Below the pieces are notes generated by a model. The model made no database searches and was not told the origin of the DNA. It was given only the letters and a program-made list of their open reading frames with translations. Positions 13,828 through 25,331 of a DNA stretch of 64,000 bases are shown here, in pieces. Source of the stretch: Octopus vulgaris (lineage: Eukaryota); contig OX597815.1 in the NCBI GenBank assembly GCA_951406725.2, positions 73,346,001 through 73,410,000 of the forward strand, given 5' to 3'. Position 1 is the stretch's first letter. Every line of letters starts with the position of its first letter. Position numbers and translations under genes: made by a program.

Positions 13828-15243
13828 TCATCATCAACATTTAATGGTTAGGATGGCTTGACAGGAACTGGCAAGACCAGGGGCTACACTAGGTTCTATA
13901 GTGTGTTTTGGTTTGGTTTCTATAGCTGGATGTCCTTCCTAATGCCAACCACCTTACAGAGTGGATGCTGGTGCTTTTCACATGGCACCAGCACCCACAC
14001 CAATGCTTTTTATGTGACACCTTGGTTTTAGGATCACAATTCTGTTGTGGTGGTCAGGTCTTTTTGAGTACAGTAGTGCTCCACATATCTCAGTCCTCTG
14101 TATTTCCTATGTAAGGTTCAGCATTTTGAGATATATATGGCCATCATCATTTATCATTATTTTTCCATGCTGGTATGGGTTGGATGGTTTGACCAGAGCT
14201 GGCCAGGTTCCATGTCTGTTTTGGCATGGCTTCTACAACAGGATGCTCTTCCTAACATCAATCACTTGAGAGTGTACTGGGTGCTTTTACACACCACCAG
14301 CATAGATGCATTTACGTTGCACTGGTACAGGTGCTTTTTACATGGGACCAGCACCTATGAGCCCTCAGCATTGGGAACACTCAGCTAGAGAGGGATGTAG
14401 GGGACAAGCCTGTATGCAAGGACAACCAGGCTTCTATTTAGCTTGACGTGTCTTTTCAAGCACAGCAAACCACCAGGAATCTCGGCCTCCTGTCATCTCC
14501 TCTGTGAGTCCCAATGTCTTTCTGGGTCTACCCCTCCCACATGTTCCCTTAATGCAACTGTTATCATTCATATGCATTACATGACCATGCCAGCACAATC
14601 TTCTCTCTTGCACACTACATCTGATGCCTCGTACACCTAGTTTTTCTCTGAAATTACTTACACTCTGTCATATGTGCACACTGACATTACCCATCTAACA
14701 GAGCATACTGGCTTCATTTCTTTCAAGCCTTTGCATATCCTCAGCTGTTATAGCCCATGTTTCACTGCCATGTAGTATAGCTGTTCATACACAGGCATCG
14801 TACAATCTGCCTTTTACTCTGAAGGAGAGGCCCTTCATTACTAACAGAGCTAGCAGCTCTCTCAACTTCACCCTGCCTATTGTTGTTCTAGTAGCTATGC
14901 TTTCAGAAAACCTCCCCCATTACAAATTTGGTCTCCTAAGTAATGGGAAAAGTCTGCTACTTTTAAGTATCCCTCAACATTTGAGGGAGTCTATTTTTTG
15001 TTCATTCCTGGTAGTTAATGTACCTGTACATCTGCCACATATAAAAACTACTTTCTCTGCTAGTCTTCCAGTGATATTACTGCACCTCTTATGGGTTCAT
15101 AGCTTGCACTGAGTATACCATATGGAGATTCTCCTTACACTTCTACCAATTGAGTAGGGCCATCTCCCTGAAGATATCTGTGATTTGTCTGTTTTCCTAT
15201 TTATCAAGGCTTTGGTCTTTGCTAAATTAACTCTAAGGCCCTT
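13828..15243 (-). mobile_element. Degenerate RTE LINE 3' portion (two tail segments)
   Basis: Clear nucleotide similarity to 60545-61925 (for example atgaccatgccagcac...tcttgcacactacatctgatgc and cttctaccaattgagtagggccatct), with many stops. Confidence 0.85.
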
Positions 15244-15557
15244 TACACACATGGCAGGCTACCACACAGTTTCCATCTACCAAATTCACTCACAAGGTGT
15301 TGGTAGGCTTGGGGGCTACACTCAAACACACTTGCCCAATGTGTCATGAACCCAAAACCACATGGTTGGGAAGCAAGCTTCTTAACCTTACAGCCATATC
15401 TGCACCTTGCTAATTATTCAGAGCTGTAGTGAATGAAGGAACTGAGCATTTTTTAAACCATGGTACCTATTTTTAAATAAATGAATTGAGATAGCAAGAA
15501 TTATAAGGTTCAGATATAGACATAGTGCAGTGTAATAAAACAAAGGTCTAACTATTT

Positions 15558-17199
15558 GGAAAATGGCCATACCCAATATACAGAAAAGGAGTAGGTAAGA
15601 ATTACCTACTCTATACAGTATAACCAATGTAAACTAAGGATGCATGAGAGGTGCAGTGGGATCACAAGCAGGTAGGCATCAGGTGTGGCAGATACACTAT
15701 GTTGATTAGTAGCAGGAGTACATGTGAAATAAATTCCACCTAATGCTTAGAAGGCTCTCTAGAGCTATTTGTTTTTCCATTTATGTGTTGATGTATATTA
15801 TACAGTAATATTCTTTGTGTTGTGTCCAAAACATATCTGCATCTTCTAAGCAGTGGTATAGCTGCTCACTCATTGCTCACCCTGTGACTGGATTGGTAGT
15901 ATCATCATCAACTTGGCTACAAAGGCAATGGTGGTGATTTAGAGAGGCATCAACTTGACAGGTCATCTTCATCATCATTTTAACATCCTCTTTTCCATGT
16001 TTGCAAGGGTGAGGAGGAAGTCTTTTGCAAACAGATTTTCTACAACCTGATGCACTTCCTGTTGCCAACCCTCATCTGCATCCAAATAAGGTAATATTTC
16101 CCTTTGGTCAGGCATGTTCTTGTGGAAAATTGGAAACAAACAACATTGCTTGTGTGATAACAACTACCATACAATGTCAAGAAAAAAGAAGACATAAACA
16201 CACAGACACACACCCACACTGGACTTCTCTCAGTTTCCATCAACCAAATCTATTCAAGGCTTTGGTTGGTCCAAGGCTACAGTAGAAGACACTTGTCCAA
16301 AGTGCCACACACCGGTACTGAATCCAAAACCACATGGTTGAGAAGCAAACATCTTACCACACAGCCATATCTGAAAGTCACTGTAAGAATTACAGCAGAA
16401 TGCTTAATAAGAGAATTAGGCTAGATTAGCAGTTTGGGTTTAAGCAAGAGGATGGAGAACCACCAACGCAGTCTTCCTAGTAAAACATCTACACAAGAAA
16501 TATTTAGCTAGGAATAAGCTACTCTACCTAGCTCTTGTTGACCTGGAAATGATGTTTGAGAGAGTTCCATGTCACTAAGAAAACTGGGGTCAGATAAATG
16601 GTTTGTGTGAGAACTCCGCATGTATAGAGGTGTCATTAGCAAGTTGTGAGTTAATGAGTTCAGGGAGGAATTTACCTTGAAATTTGGCTTATCTCTGGGC
16701 TCAGTTTTCAACACCACTCCTCTTTGATGACGTAGTTCTAATACCTGAATTAGTTGAAAATTTAAAGAGGAAATTCTAGATTTGGATGCAAAAGCATAGA
16801 ATTGAGAGGCTTTAAAGAAAACCTAGCAAAGACTAAAGTTTAATTAGCAGGAAATAAAATAGGACCCTACTTGTTAGGAAAATGACCATGCCCAATATGC
16901 AGAAAAGGAGTAGGTAAGAATTACCTACTCTATATAGTGTAACCAATGTAAACCAATGTAAGGATGCATGAGAGGTGCAGTTGGATTACAGGCAGGTAGG
17001 CATCAGGTGTGGCAGATACACTATATTGATTAGTAGCAGAAGTACATGTGAAATAAATTCCACCTAATGCTTAGAAGGCTCTCTAGAGCTATTTGTTTTT
17101 CCATTTATGTGTTGATGTATATTATACAGTTATATTCTTTGTGTTATGTCCAAAACATATCTGTATCTTCTAAGTAGTGGTATAGCTGCTCACTCATTG
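15558..17199 (+). repeat. Local direct duplication of ~320 bp (15558-15875 and 16877-17199)
   Basis: Near-identical ggaaaatg.ccat.cccaatat.cagaaaaggagtaggtaagaattacc ... ggtatagctgctcactcattg. Confidence 0.9.
16500..17010 (+). mobile_element. Degenerate RTE RT/PHD-finger fragment
   Basis: Relics of NLAKTKV and WPCPICRKGVGKN...CNQCK...HERCS. Confidence 0.65.
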
Positions 17200-17601
17200 G
17201 GAAATATTTCAGCAATGAATTAGATGACCAGTGACAGTTAGTTACATTAGGCTTTGAGACAATACCTTCAAAGTAAGATATCTTCTGATTCAGAACCAAA
17301 TCGATGAGTTATCTGAACAACTGTTGGGTACTTCAAATAACATTGTGATCAGTAGCATATTCATAAACTGATCATTAATCAAAAGTGAAATACAAAACAC
17401 TGTTTTTATAAGAAAAAAATGTAATGTTTAACTGAAAAATACTTTAAATGAATTCTGAATGACAAGATCTTGAGTGAATGTGAGAATTGGTGTTCAAGTG
17501 TAGGCATGATAACAAATTCTACATACAGAATTCTTAAAACATGTATGTGGTCTAGCCAAGAGTTCTAAGAGTTGTTATCAACTGAGCTTGCTCCAGTCAA
17601 C

Positions 17602-18437
17602 TATGAAGTGGTATCAAAATGTCCTTGAACTAGTTATGTTTAATGAAAAATAACTTATTTACCTAAATATCATTTCCTTCAAAATAGTTATCTTGCACAG
17701 CAATACACTAGTCCCAGCATTCCTGCCACTTTGGGAATCCGGTCAAGAAGTCGTTTTCCATAACCAAGTTGAGGACCTTCCGTGATTCACTCTGGATTTT
17801 GACAATGGTATTAAGATAGTGACTTCTGAGCTGCATTTTCACCTTGGGGAAGAGATAGAAGTCTGCAGGGACTAAATCTGGTGAATAGGGTGGGTGTGGA
17901 AGCAATACTATGTTGTTTTTGGCAAGAAATTCATGAGTGAGGAGAGCTCAGTGAAGAATCCAATTCTTCGTGCTTCACAGATCCAGTCGCTTTTGCTGAA
18001 TGTCCTCCCGCAAATGCTTCAAAACATTTCAGTAGAACTCTTGATTGACAGTGTGGCCCTGGAGGATGCCTCAATTCTCAATGCACAATACCACATTTCC
18101 AGGGGTGACACACATGACAGGTCTTTCAGGGACAATCTGCTTTTGAAGCACCTGTGACAATTGAAACATTGCATAAAACCCATTGCCTTATCACTGTAAA
18201 CTTGCTGAAGCATGCTCAATGTCTTTGTAGCAGACTTCCCAAGTTTAAAGCAAAATTTCACACATACACATGATCACACAAAAACACAAATTTCACAACG
18301 AAGTAAACACAGGAATGTCTCTTGGCATGCTGCCTCATGAAGGCCACTGCTAGCTCTTACTATGCACACAACTGTGTGCTGCCCTCTGTTGGTGTACTAC
18401 AGAACTAGACTGGGAACTTTTTGATACCACCTGAATA
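17602..18437 (-). mobile_element. Internally deleted mariner element with both TIRs
   Basis: ORF 17708-17905 has PHPPYSPDL; ORF 18019-18261 has KFCFKLGKSATKT (HTH). Imperfect TIRs gaagtggtatcaaaatgtccttgaactag / ctagactgggaacttttttgataccacctg. Confidence 0.9.
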
Positions 18438-20299
18438 ACCTACACAGATGATTTGTTTATAGTAATCAAATGTTTGTGTTGTACTTTAAGCTCACTGCTT
18501 CATATCAGATCAACACTTCCTGTAAAGGTGCATGGTGTGCGTGCATCAGACATTGAAGTGATTGCATGACTAGATGTCTTCTTGAAATTATAGGCTGTGT
18601 AACCAAAATAGCTAATAGAACTCTTGAAATAATTGTAGTGTTCAGTTATATGAATAAATAATAAACTCTACGACATGTACAAAATACTTATTTGTATTAC
18701 ACTCTCAGGCTTAATGCTCTCCAGGAAATTGTGTAGACAAATGGTCTATGAATACTAAATTTTTCTCTGATGAAGAATGACAAGTGACTTCAGGTTCAGA
18801 ACTATATAGATTCAAACGGACAAAAAAAAATGTGGAGAAAGAGGATAAGGAAACTGAAAGATCGCTTTGCTACATATAGGCTCAGAGAATTGTAGGGAAC
18901 ATGCATATTGAAGAGGAGGAGGAGACAGAGACCTATAACGTAGGAAAACCAGGGGTTTCTACAAGACAGCATGTTGTGAAGTACTGATCAGATCTGTTTT
19001 AAAGCATGGTACTAGCTAAATAGGAGTCAAGGCAGTTGTTGAATGGTACAGCATTTAGTTATAAAAGCCCAAGAGACAAGCTTGGAAAGACTGGACGAAA
19101 GACGAATGAAGGGAATAATATCCAGTAACTTGAAGAGGAGCTAGACATCAGGTATACACAGCAGCTGAAATCAAGTGCTATGGCAATGTACTGTAACATA
19201 AATATCAGGGGTGTGAGGTGTTCTAGATTGCCTGTTCTCTTACAAACAAATCTCTTAGGACTGACAATATACTTGCTTAGCTACTGTGGGGAGAGAGAGT
19301 GTGTGTGTGTGTGTGTGTGTGTTCATTTGCGAGCACCAGTATATCACCAATGTAAAAATACTAGCAAATGGTAGAGGTAGTTGGTAAAGCTAGTATTTAA
19401 TTGTTTCTAATATATGAACACAATTTGAAATATGTGGGGATGGGATTTGTTAATTACATTAACCCCAGTACTTCAACCGGTACTTTATTTTATTGTCATG
19501 AGAAGGATGAAATTCCTTGGTGAGACTTGAAATCAGAATATAAAGAGCTAGAAGAAATAATGCAAAGCATTTTATCTGATGCTGAAATGATTCTGTCAAT
19601 CCAAACTGCTATATAATGACATTGTCAATAAAGCTTCTACGTAATGATGCATATCGTTGGCAAAGCTGCTATTTAATGGTCCAAATTATTGATAAAGCTA
19701 CTGTTCAATGGCACAGATTGTTGGTAAAGCTACTTTGTAATGAAATAAATTGTTGGTAAAACTTCTATGTAATTGTAGAGATTATTGGTTACTATACAAT
19801 GACACCGACTGATGATAAAGCTACTTTTAATAGACAGATGACTAGGAAAGTTGCTATCTACTGATATATATTAGTCAAGACATTGTATCAAGACAGATGT
19901 TGGTAAAACAAATATATGATGAAAGAGAAGGTTGGTAAAGCTATTATAAACAATGAGATCATCTGTGATAATAGTAGAAGCATGTCCACTTTTTTTTTGT
20001 TATTAGTAATGTCCTGGCTAAGGTGTTGCTTCAGAGACTCATTATCAGCCTTCTTGAGGCAATGTTGCCTGAATCACAGTGTGGATTTAGAGAGAGAATA
20101 GAAGCATGACTGCCATGGTCACAGCCTGGCAGCTTCAGAAACAGTGTTGAAGGATGGGAAGTGGAACAACATTGGAACTTGTTTATAGCCTCTGTAAACT
20201 GCTGCAAAAAAAACAGAAAGAAAAGAAAAGCTTTTACAGGATGTTCTCTCCAGTTTTCCTGTATTAAATAATGCTAGCATGGAAGACATGTTAAATCAT

Positions 20300-21200
20300 G
20301 ATGATCCTCGGTCAGTTCCACAATGGGATAACTCCTTGGGTGACCATAGAAAGATAGCAGTCCAAGCCCTTCCTTGAATACACAAGGGGTGAGGCAGTGC
20401 GTGCTAGCACCAGGTCTCTTTAACATATTCCTCCTGTGCATCACCAGGCTTCTTAGAAGCAGTGTAACAATGGACTTTAGACTAAACGCCAACCTTGCTA
20501 ACACAAGAAGGTTCCACGCAACCACTAAACTCTGCCAAAAGCAAGTCCTGAAGCTGCAGTATGCAAATGACTGTATTCTTATCACTCAGGGGGATCTTCA
20601 GACTGTCCTTGTTGCTGTGGTGGTGTGAGCACATAGCAGGCAGAGGCTGATTGTCAACACTACTAGGACAGACGGTGGTCTGTCCATGGAGTTCTACTGT
20701 TCCACCAACTCCATCTGCCTTTTGCTGTTTATGATGAACAGTTGCTAGAGATGGCACCTTTTAAAACTGGGTAGCATTGATAATGACATTCAGAGTTGTA
20801 CTAATCAAACATCAACTGCCTTTGGGCGATTTTGGTGCAGAGTTCTTTTTTTTTTTTTTCAGAACAAGAGCCTTCATTCCTCCCCAAAAGTTGATACAGA
20901 CCCCAAGTGGTCAGTATCAACATTTTTTCCCCATGACTTGTGAAGCTTGAGTTATTACCAGGATTTCTACCACAAACACATCTTGGGTTGTGGCACCACA
21001 AACACATCCTGGTCATGCTACCATGAACACATCCTGGGTCGTGTATCTTGCACTGTGATATCTGTAAATATCAACTGCAAAAGTAGTGATGCAACGATTA
21101 CTCACTACCAGTTGCAGTGGTTGTAGTACATAATAAAGATTTCTCTGTGATGGGTGCCTTGCAAAGTGGTACATGGCCAGCTACTGCATCGTTGGAGTTC
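20300..21200 (+). mobile_element. Degenerate RTE (BovB-like) RT fragment
   Basis: ORF 20374-20628 reads QGVRQCVLAPGLFNIF...RRFHATTK...LQYANDC, matching the GVKQGCVLAP and LQYADD motifs. Confidence 0.75.
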
Positions 21201-21227
21201 AGATTGTTGGTAAAGATACTATGTAAT

Positions 21228-21485
21228 AAATAATAAATGCGCCCTTTTAAAGCCTAGCCAGGCTCATGGGCCCGGTTTCCCGGTTTCTATCGCATATGTG
21301 TTCCCCAGCTAGATGGGACGCCAGTCCATTGCAGCATTACCCATTTTTGCCAGCTGAGTGGACTGGAGCAATGTGAAATAAAGTGTTTTGCTCAAGAACA
21401 CAACACGTTGCCAGGTCCAGGAATCGAAACCACAATCTTACGATCTTGATGCTGACACTCTAACCACTAAGCCACGCGCCTCCAC
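21228..21485 (-). mobile_element. Well-preserved tRNA-derived SINE family B (CORE-like centre)
   Basis: Minus strand: ggcgcgtggcttagtggttagag (A box), ggtttcgattcc (B box), tgtgttgttcttgagcaaaacacttt and a (TTA/TTTA) tail; flanked by aaagatactatg(t/c)aat on both sides. Relatives at about 39598 and 43320. Confidence 0.85.
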
Positions 21486-24400
21486 AAAGATACTATGCAA
21501 TGAAATAAATTCGTGAGAAACAGATACTATATAATGGTTTCAAATTTGGGCACAAGGTCAGCAATTTTGGAGAGTGGGGGATAAGATTATTCTGCCCTCC
21601 CCCCCAGCGCTCAACTAGTACTTATTTTATAGACCCCGAAAAGGATGGAAGACAAAGTTGACCTGGGTGGAGTTTGAATTCAGACTGTAAAGATGGATGA
21701 AATGCCACTAAGCATTTTCCCCAGTGTATTAATGATTCTGCTGGCTCGCCTATAGTAAGACATAGCTGGTAAAACAACTATGTGGAAGATGTTGCTGCTA
21801 ACCACATCACTTAGCAACAGTTGTATGAAGGTGAGGGTTTATATGTCAGTGATGAAGAAGGCAACCAGAAGAAAACCCTGGAGAAATGCAACAATAGTTT
21901 CCACCACCCCCTTGTATCCATGCACCCTTCCCCACACAACAGTGTTTGTGTGCCAGCATTAAACTGTTCTGTTATGAAAGGTCTCACTATTAAGGATGTG
22001 GTTATTACATTGTGATGGGTAACTAAAAAAGAAATGTATTTCTAAACAGTCTGTGAATCTCTTTAAGTATAGTCTATGATGGTTAGCAGCAGTAGTTTTC
22101 CGTTGTGGATTTTGATTGATTTTGAGTTTGTTTCTCCATCAAACATCAACTGATGACTACTACCTGGCTTTCTCTCAGTATACCTGTCATTTACTTTGAT
22201 GCTGCTAAATATCGAACATCCATTGAAATAAACTGGTTGATGGTGTAATGCATATTATGTTAACAGGCATATATAATGAGGCAATAATTATATACAGCAG
22301 ACAGGCAAAAATATCATCAACCATGCTTTGTGTGTTAAAAATATCTTTGCTTATTTGACGTGTTTAATTATTGCTACATTTCTTCCATACCCTTGCAACT
22401 TTACTGATCTATCCTTTCTGATCCTTTATCCCTATTCTCTCTCTTATATTCACCTTGCACCTTGAGGGTATGCCCTCACCATCTCTTTCTCTCTTTCCAG
22501 TTGGGGAAGTCATGTATCACCTTTTCAGCAAGACATTTGTTCCTGTTCCTCTCTTGTACTTTAACCTCCTGAAGCTACCCCGCTCTATACTACTCCTGTA
22601 TCATTTGAAGAGTCTTGTTTTGTGAGTTTTTTGGTGACCTCACTGGTGCTGGTGCCATATAAAAAACACCCAGTGTACTCTGTAAAGAGGTTGGTGTTAG
22701 GAAGGGCATTCAGCTATAAAAACCATACCAAAACAGATGACTAGAGCCTGGAGCAGCCCTCTGGCTTGTTACTTTCTAATGACGCATTCAACCCATGCCA
22801 ACATGGTAAATGGATGTTCAACAAGGATGATGATGATGATGATGATGACAAACTTCTTGCCAACCTCTCCAGATTAGCATAAATGCTCATCTCATGACCA
22901 TGCTGCATCATACATTTTATGCATGTTTTGTACACTTTCTGTGTAACTATAAGCAACATTCCCTTTCTTTCTTTTCTTTGTTTCTCTCTCTCCATTTGTG
23001 TCTATTTGGTTGGTGCAAGGAAGGGCAGGGTATCCAGCAGTAAAAACCATATCAAAGCAGACAGTCGAGCATGATACAGTTCTTGAACATGTCAGACTCT
23101 GTCAAATTATCCAACCTATGTCAGCATGGAATATGGATGTTGTTAAGTGATGATAATGATATAAATGTGTGCGTTTAAGAGTCATCTATTATTTGTTTGC
23201 CAGGCAAGCCATGATCAAGTAGATTTACGATAAAAGGTATTCCAGCTATGCTCATCCCCTCTTTTTCTGAGACAAGGTGTACACTAAACTGTACTAGCCA
23301 CTGCATCACATACTGAAACCAAAGATGTAGTGACTATTTCTAGCAGATCGAGCAATTACAGAAAGACCCATTTGCTGGGTTACAGGGGGAGTTATAGGTC
23401 CCTAATATGACAATGAGGGAGTCACTCAAGTGTATACTTTTATAGTTTATCTTTTATTCATTTCAATCATTAGACTGCAGCCATGCTGGGGCACCAACTT
23501 GGAGAATTTTTAGTTAAACAGGTAAATCCCAGGATTTATTTTTATACCTAGTTATTTATTCTCTTGGTCTCTTTTTTCTGAAACACTAAGTTGTGGGATG
23601 TCAACAAAAAACACCAGTTAAGCAGTGGTGGAGGACAAATGTGCACACACATACACACACACATATATGTACATGATGGGCTTCTTTCAGTTTCCTTCTA
23701 TCAAATCCACTCACAAGGCTTTTTCCAACATGGGACTATAGTAGAGGACGCTTGCCCAAGGTGTCACACAGTGGGACTGAACCTGGAATCATGTGGCTGT
23801 GAAAACTTCTTACCATACAGCCATACCTGCCCTTAAAAAGAACAAAACAAATGAAACAAGGAATACACCCTCTTCCCTCAACCTACTCCTTAATTCACCC
23901 CCCACTTCCCGCCACTATCTCTGAAAACCATCCAGTAAATATTTTAGTGGTCAAGGGTTTGAGATCACAATTGTTAATTATTTACACCTTAAAATTTATT
24001 TTATTTTATGTTATTTATTTTAAGTTTTATGCTTTATTATCTAAATCTAAAAGAAAAAAAAAGTTTGGCTATTGAAAAGCCAGGAATAAAAATTTAGGCT
24101 CTCTGGCTTTAGAACGAATTCCTCTGATGAGATTTCAGCATTCTGACGACATTAACAACGTTTGCTGATAATTTGATAAAAATTTGAAAATACCTCTTGG
24201 TTGATCTTGAGGAAGTTTACAGGATAGATTAAAATCAATTTTGCCAGATACTTATGACATCAAAGAAGCCGCACAAACAACGCACACACACACAGACAAA
24301 CACATTGAGACAAACAAACACATACATACACACAGCGATCATCATCGCTGTCATCATCACCATCATCATCATCATTACATTTCATTTATATTTTTTTAGC

Positions 24401-25176
24401 AATAATAATAAAACGCCATTGGAGTAGTAGAAGGGGTGTTTTGAAGTAGTACGGTATATTTTTGAAGTACCACACACACAATAAAGAAGTTATTGTTATT
24501 ATTATTATTTTTGGTTTTGTTTGTTTGATTTTCAAAGGAGAGAAATGTTGTAATCAGTTTACTGATTGCATTTTTTTTGTATTTTGTATTTTTTTATTAT
24601 TTTATTTTATTGTTTTTTTTCCTTTGCCAACCACATATTAATCGAAAACCTGTGAAGTTTAATCAAAGGCAGAAGTTCAAAATCAAGGAAGAATTGAGTC
24701 TTTGATTTTGTCTTTAGTTATCAATGAAATATGAGATGAAGAAAGGGTGGTAGGCTGGAAAACAATGAAAGAGGATAAAAATCTTTTGCAAGAGAGATGA
24801 AGAAAGAACCAATCAATGCTCTAAAAATATAGTATGAAGATCACAAGAAAAAAAAAACCTTCAAAGAAGTAAAGAATGGAAAAAGAAACGACAAGAACAA
24901 GAGAAATATATTCAGTCGATTCTGATTCTGGGGGACTATAATTGGAGATAGAAAAAGATATGTGATGATGGTCAACCCAGCAGTGTGGATATAATTGGTA
25001 AAATTCTTTGATTGCAATCTCTCTTCTTTGTTACTATTCAATTTTCTTTCTTTTATTCTTTTACAGATTCCGGGTTAGTTTTTGTTGTTGCCCCAACCAT
25101 GGTTAAAATTTGTTTTTATTTGTATTTATTATTGTTATTATTATTATTATTTTTTGGCTATTCAAATTTAGTCACA

Positions 25177-25190
25177 GTAGCTATGGTAAC
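25177..25190. promoter_or_regulatory. RFX X-box-like motif GTAGCTATGGTAAC
   Basis: Matches the GTHNYY-AT-RRNAAC consensus; lies in a transposon-free stretch with TATTTATA 14 nt downstream. Confidence 0.4.
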
Positions 25191-25289
25191 AAGATGCAGC
25201 AGCTATTTATAGGACAGTTAAGTTGCAAGAGATTCTTTTGAAAGTTACCATCAGATACAGTTATGGCTAAAATGCTTTTCTGTTTGTTA

Positions 25290-25331
<42 letters not shown>

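Larger units (their letters stand above)
19370..21800. repeat. Degenerate ~32-bp minisatellite fragmented by insertions
   Basis: Units like gattgttggtaaagctactatgtaatgacaca at 19605-19955, with further copies at about 19375, 21200, 21486 and 21760. Confidence 0.75.

Noticed and set aside
21400-21485. tRNA gene
   Set aside because: A and B boxes belong to a SINE head that runs into a repeat body; no complete cloverleaf.
24123-24160. CTGATGA as a hammerhead core
   Set aside because: No stem II followed by GAAA downstream; the same applies to the CTGATGA at about 18766.
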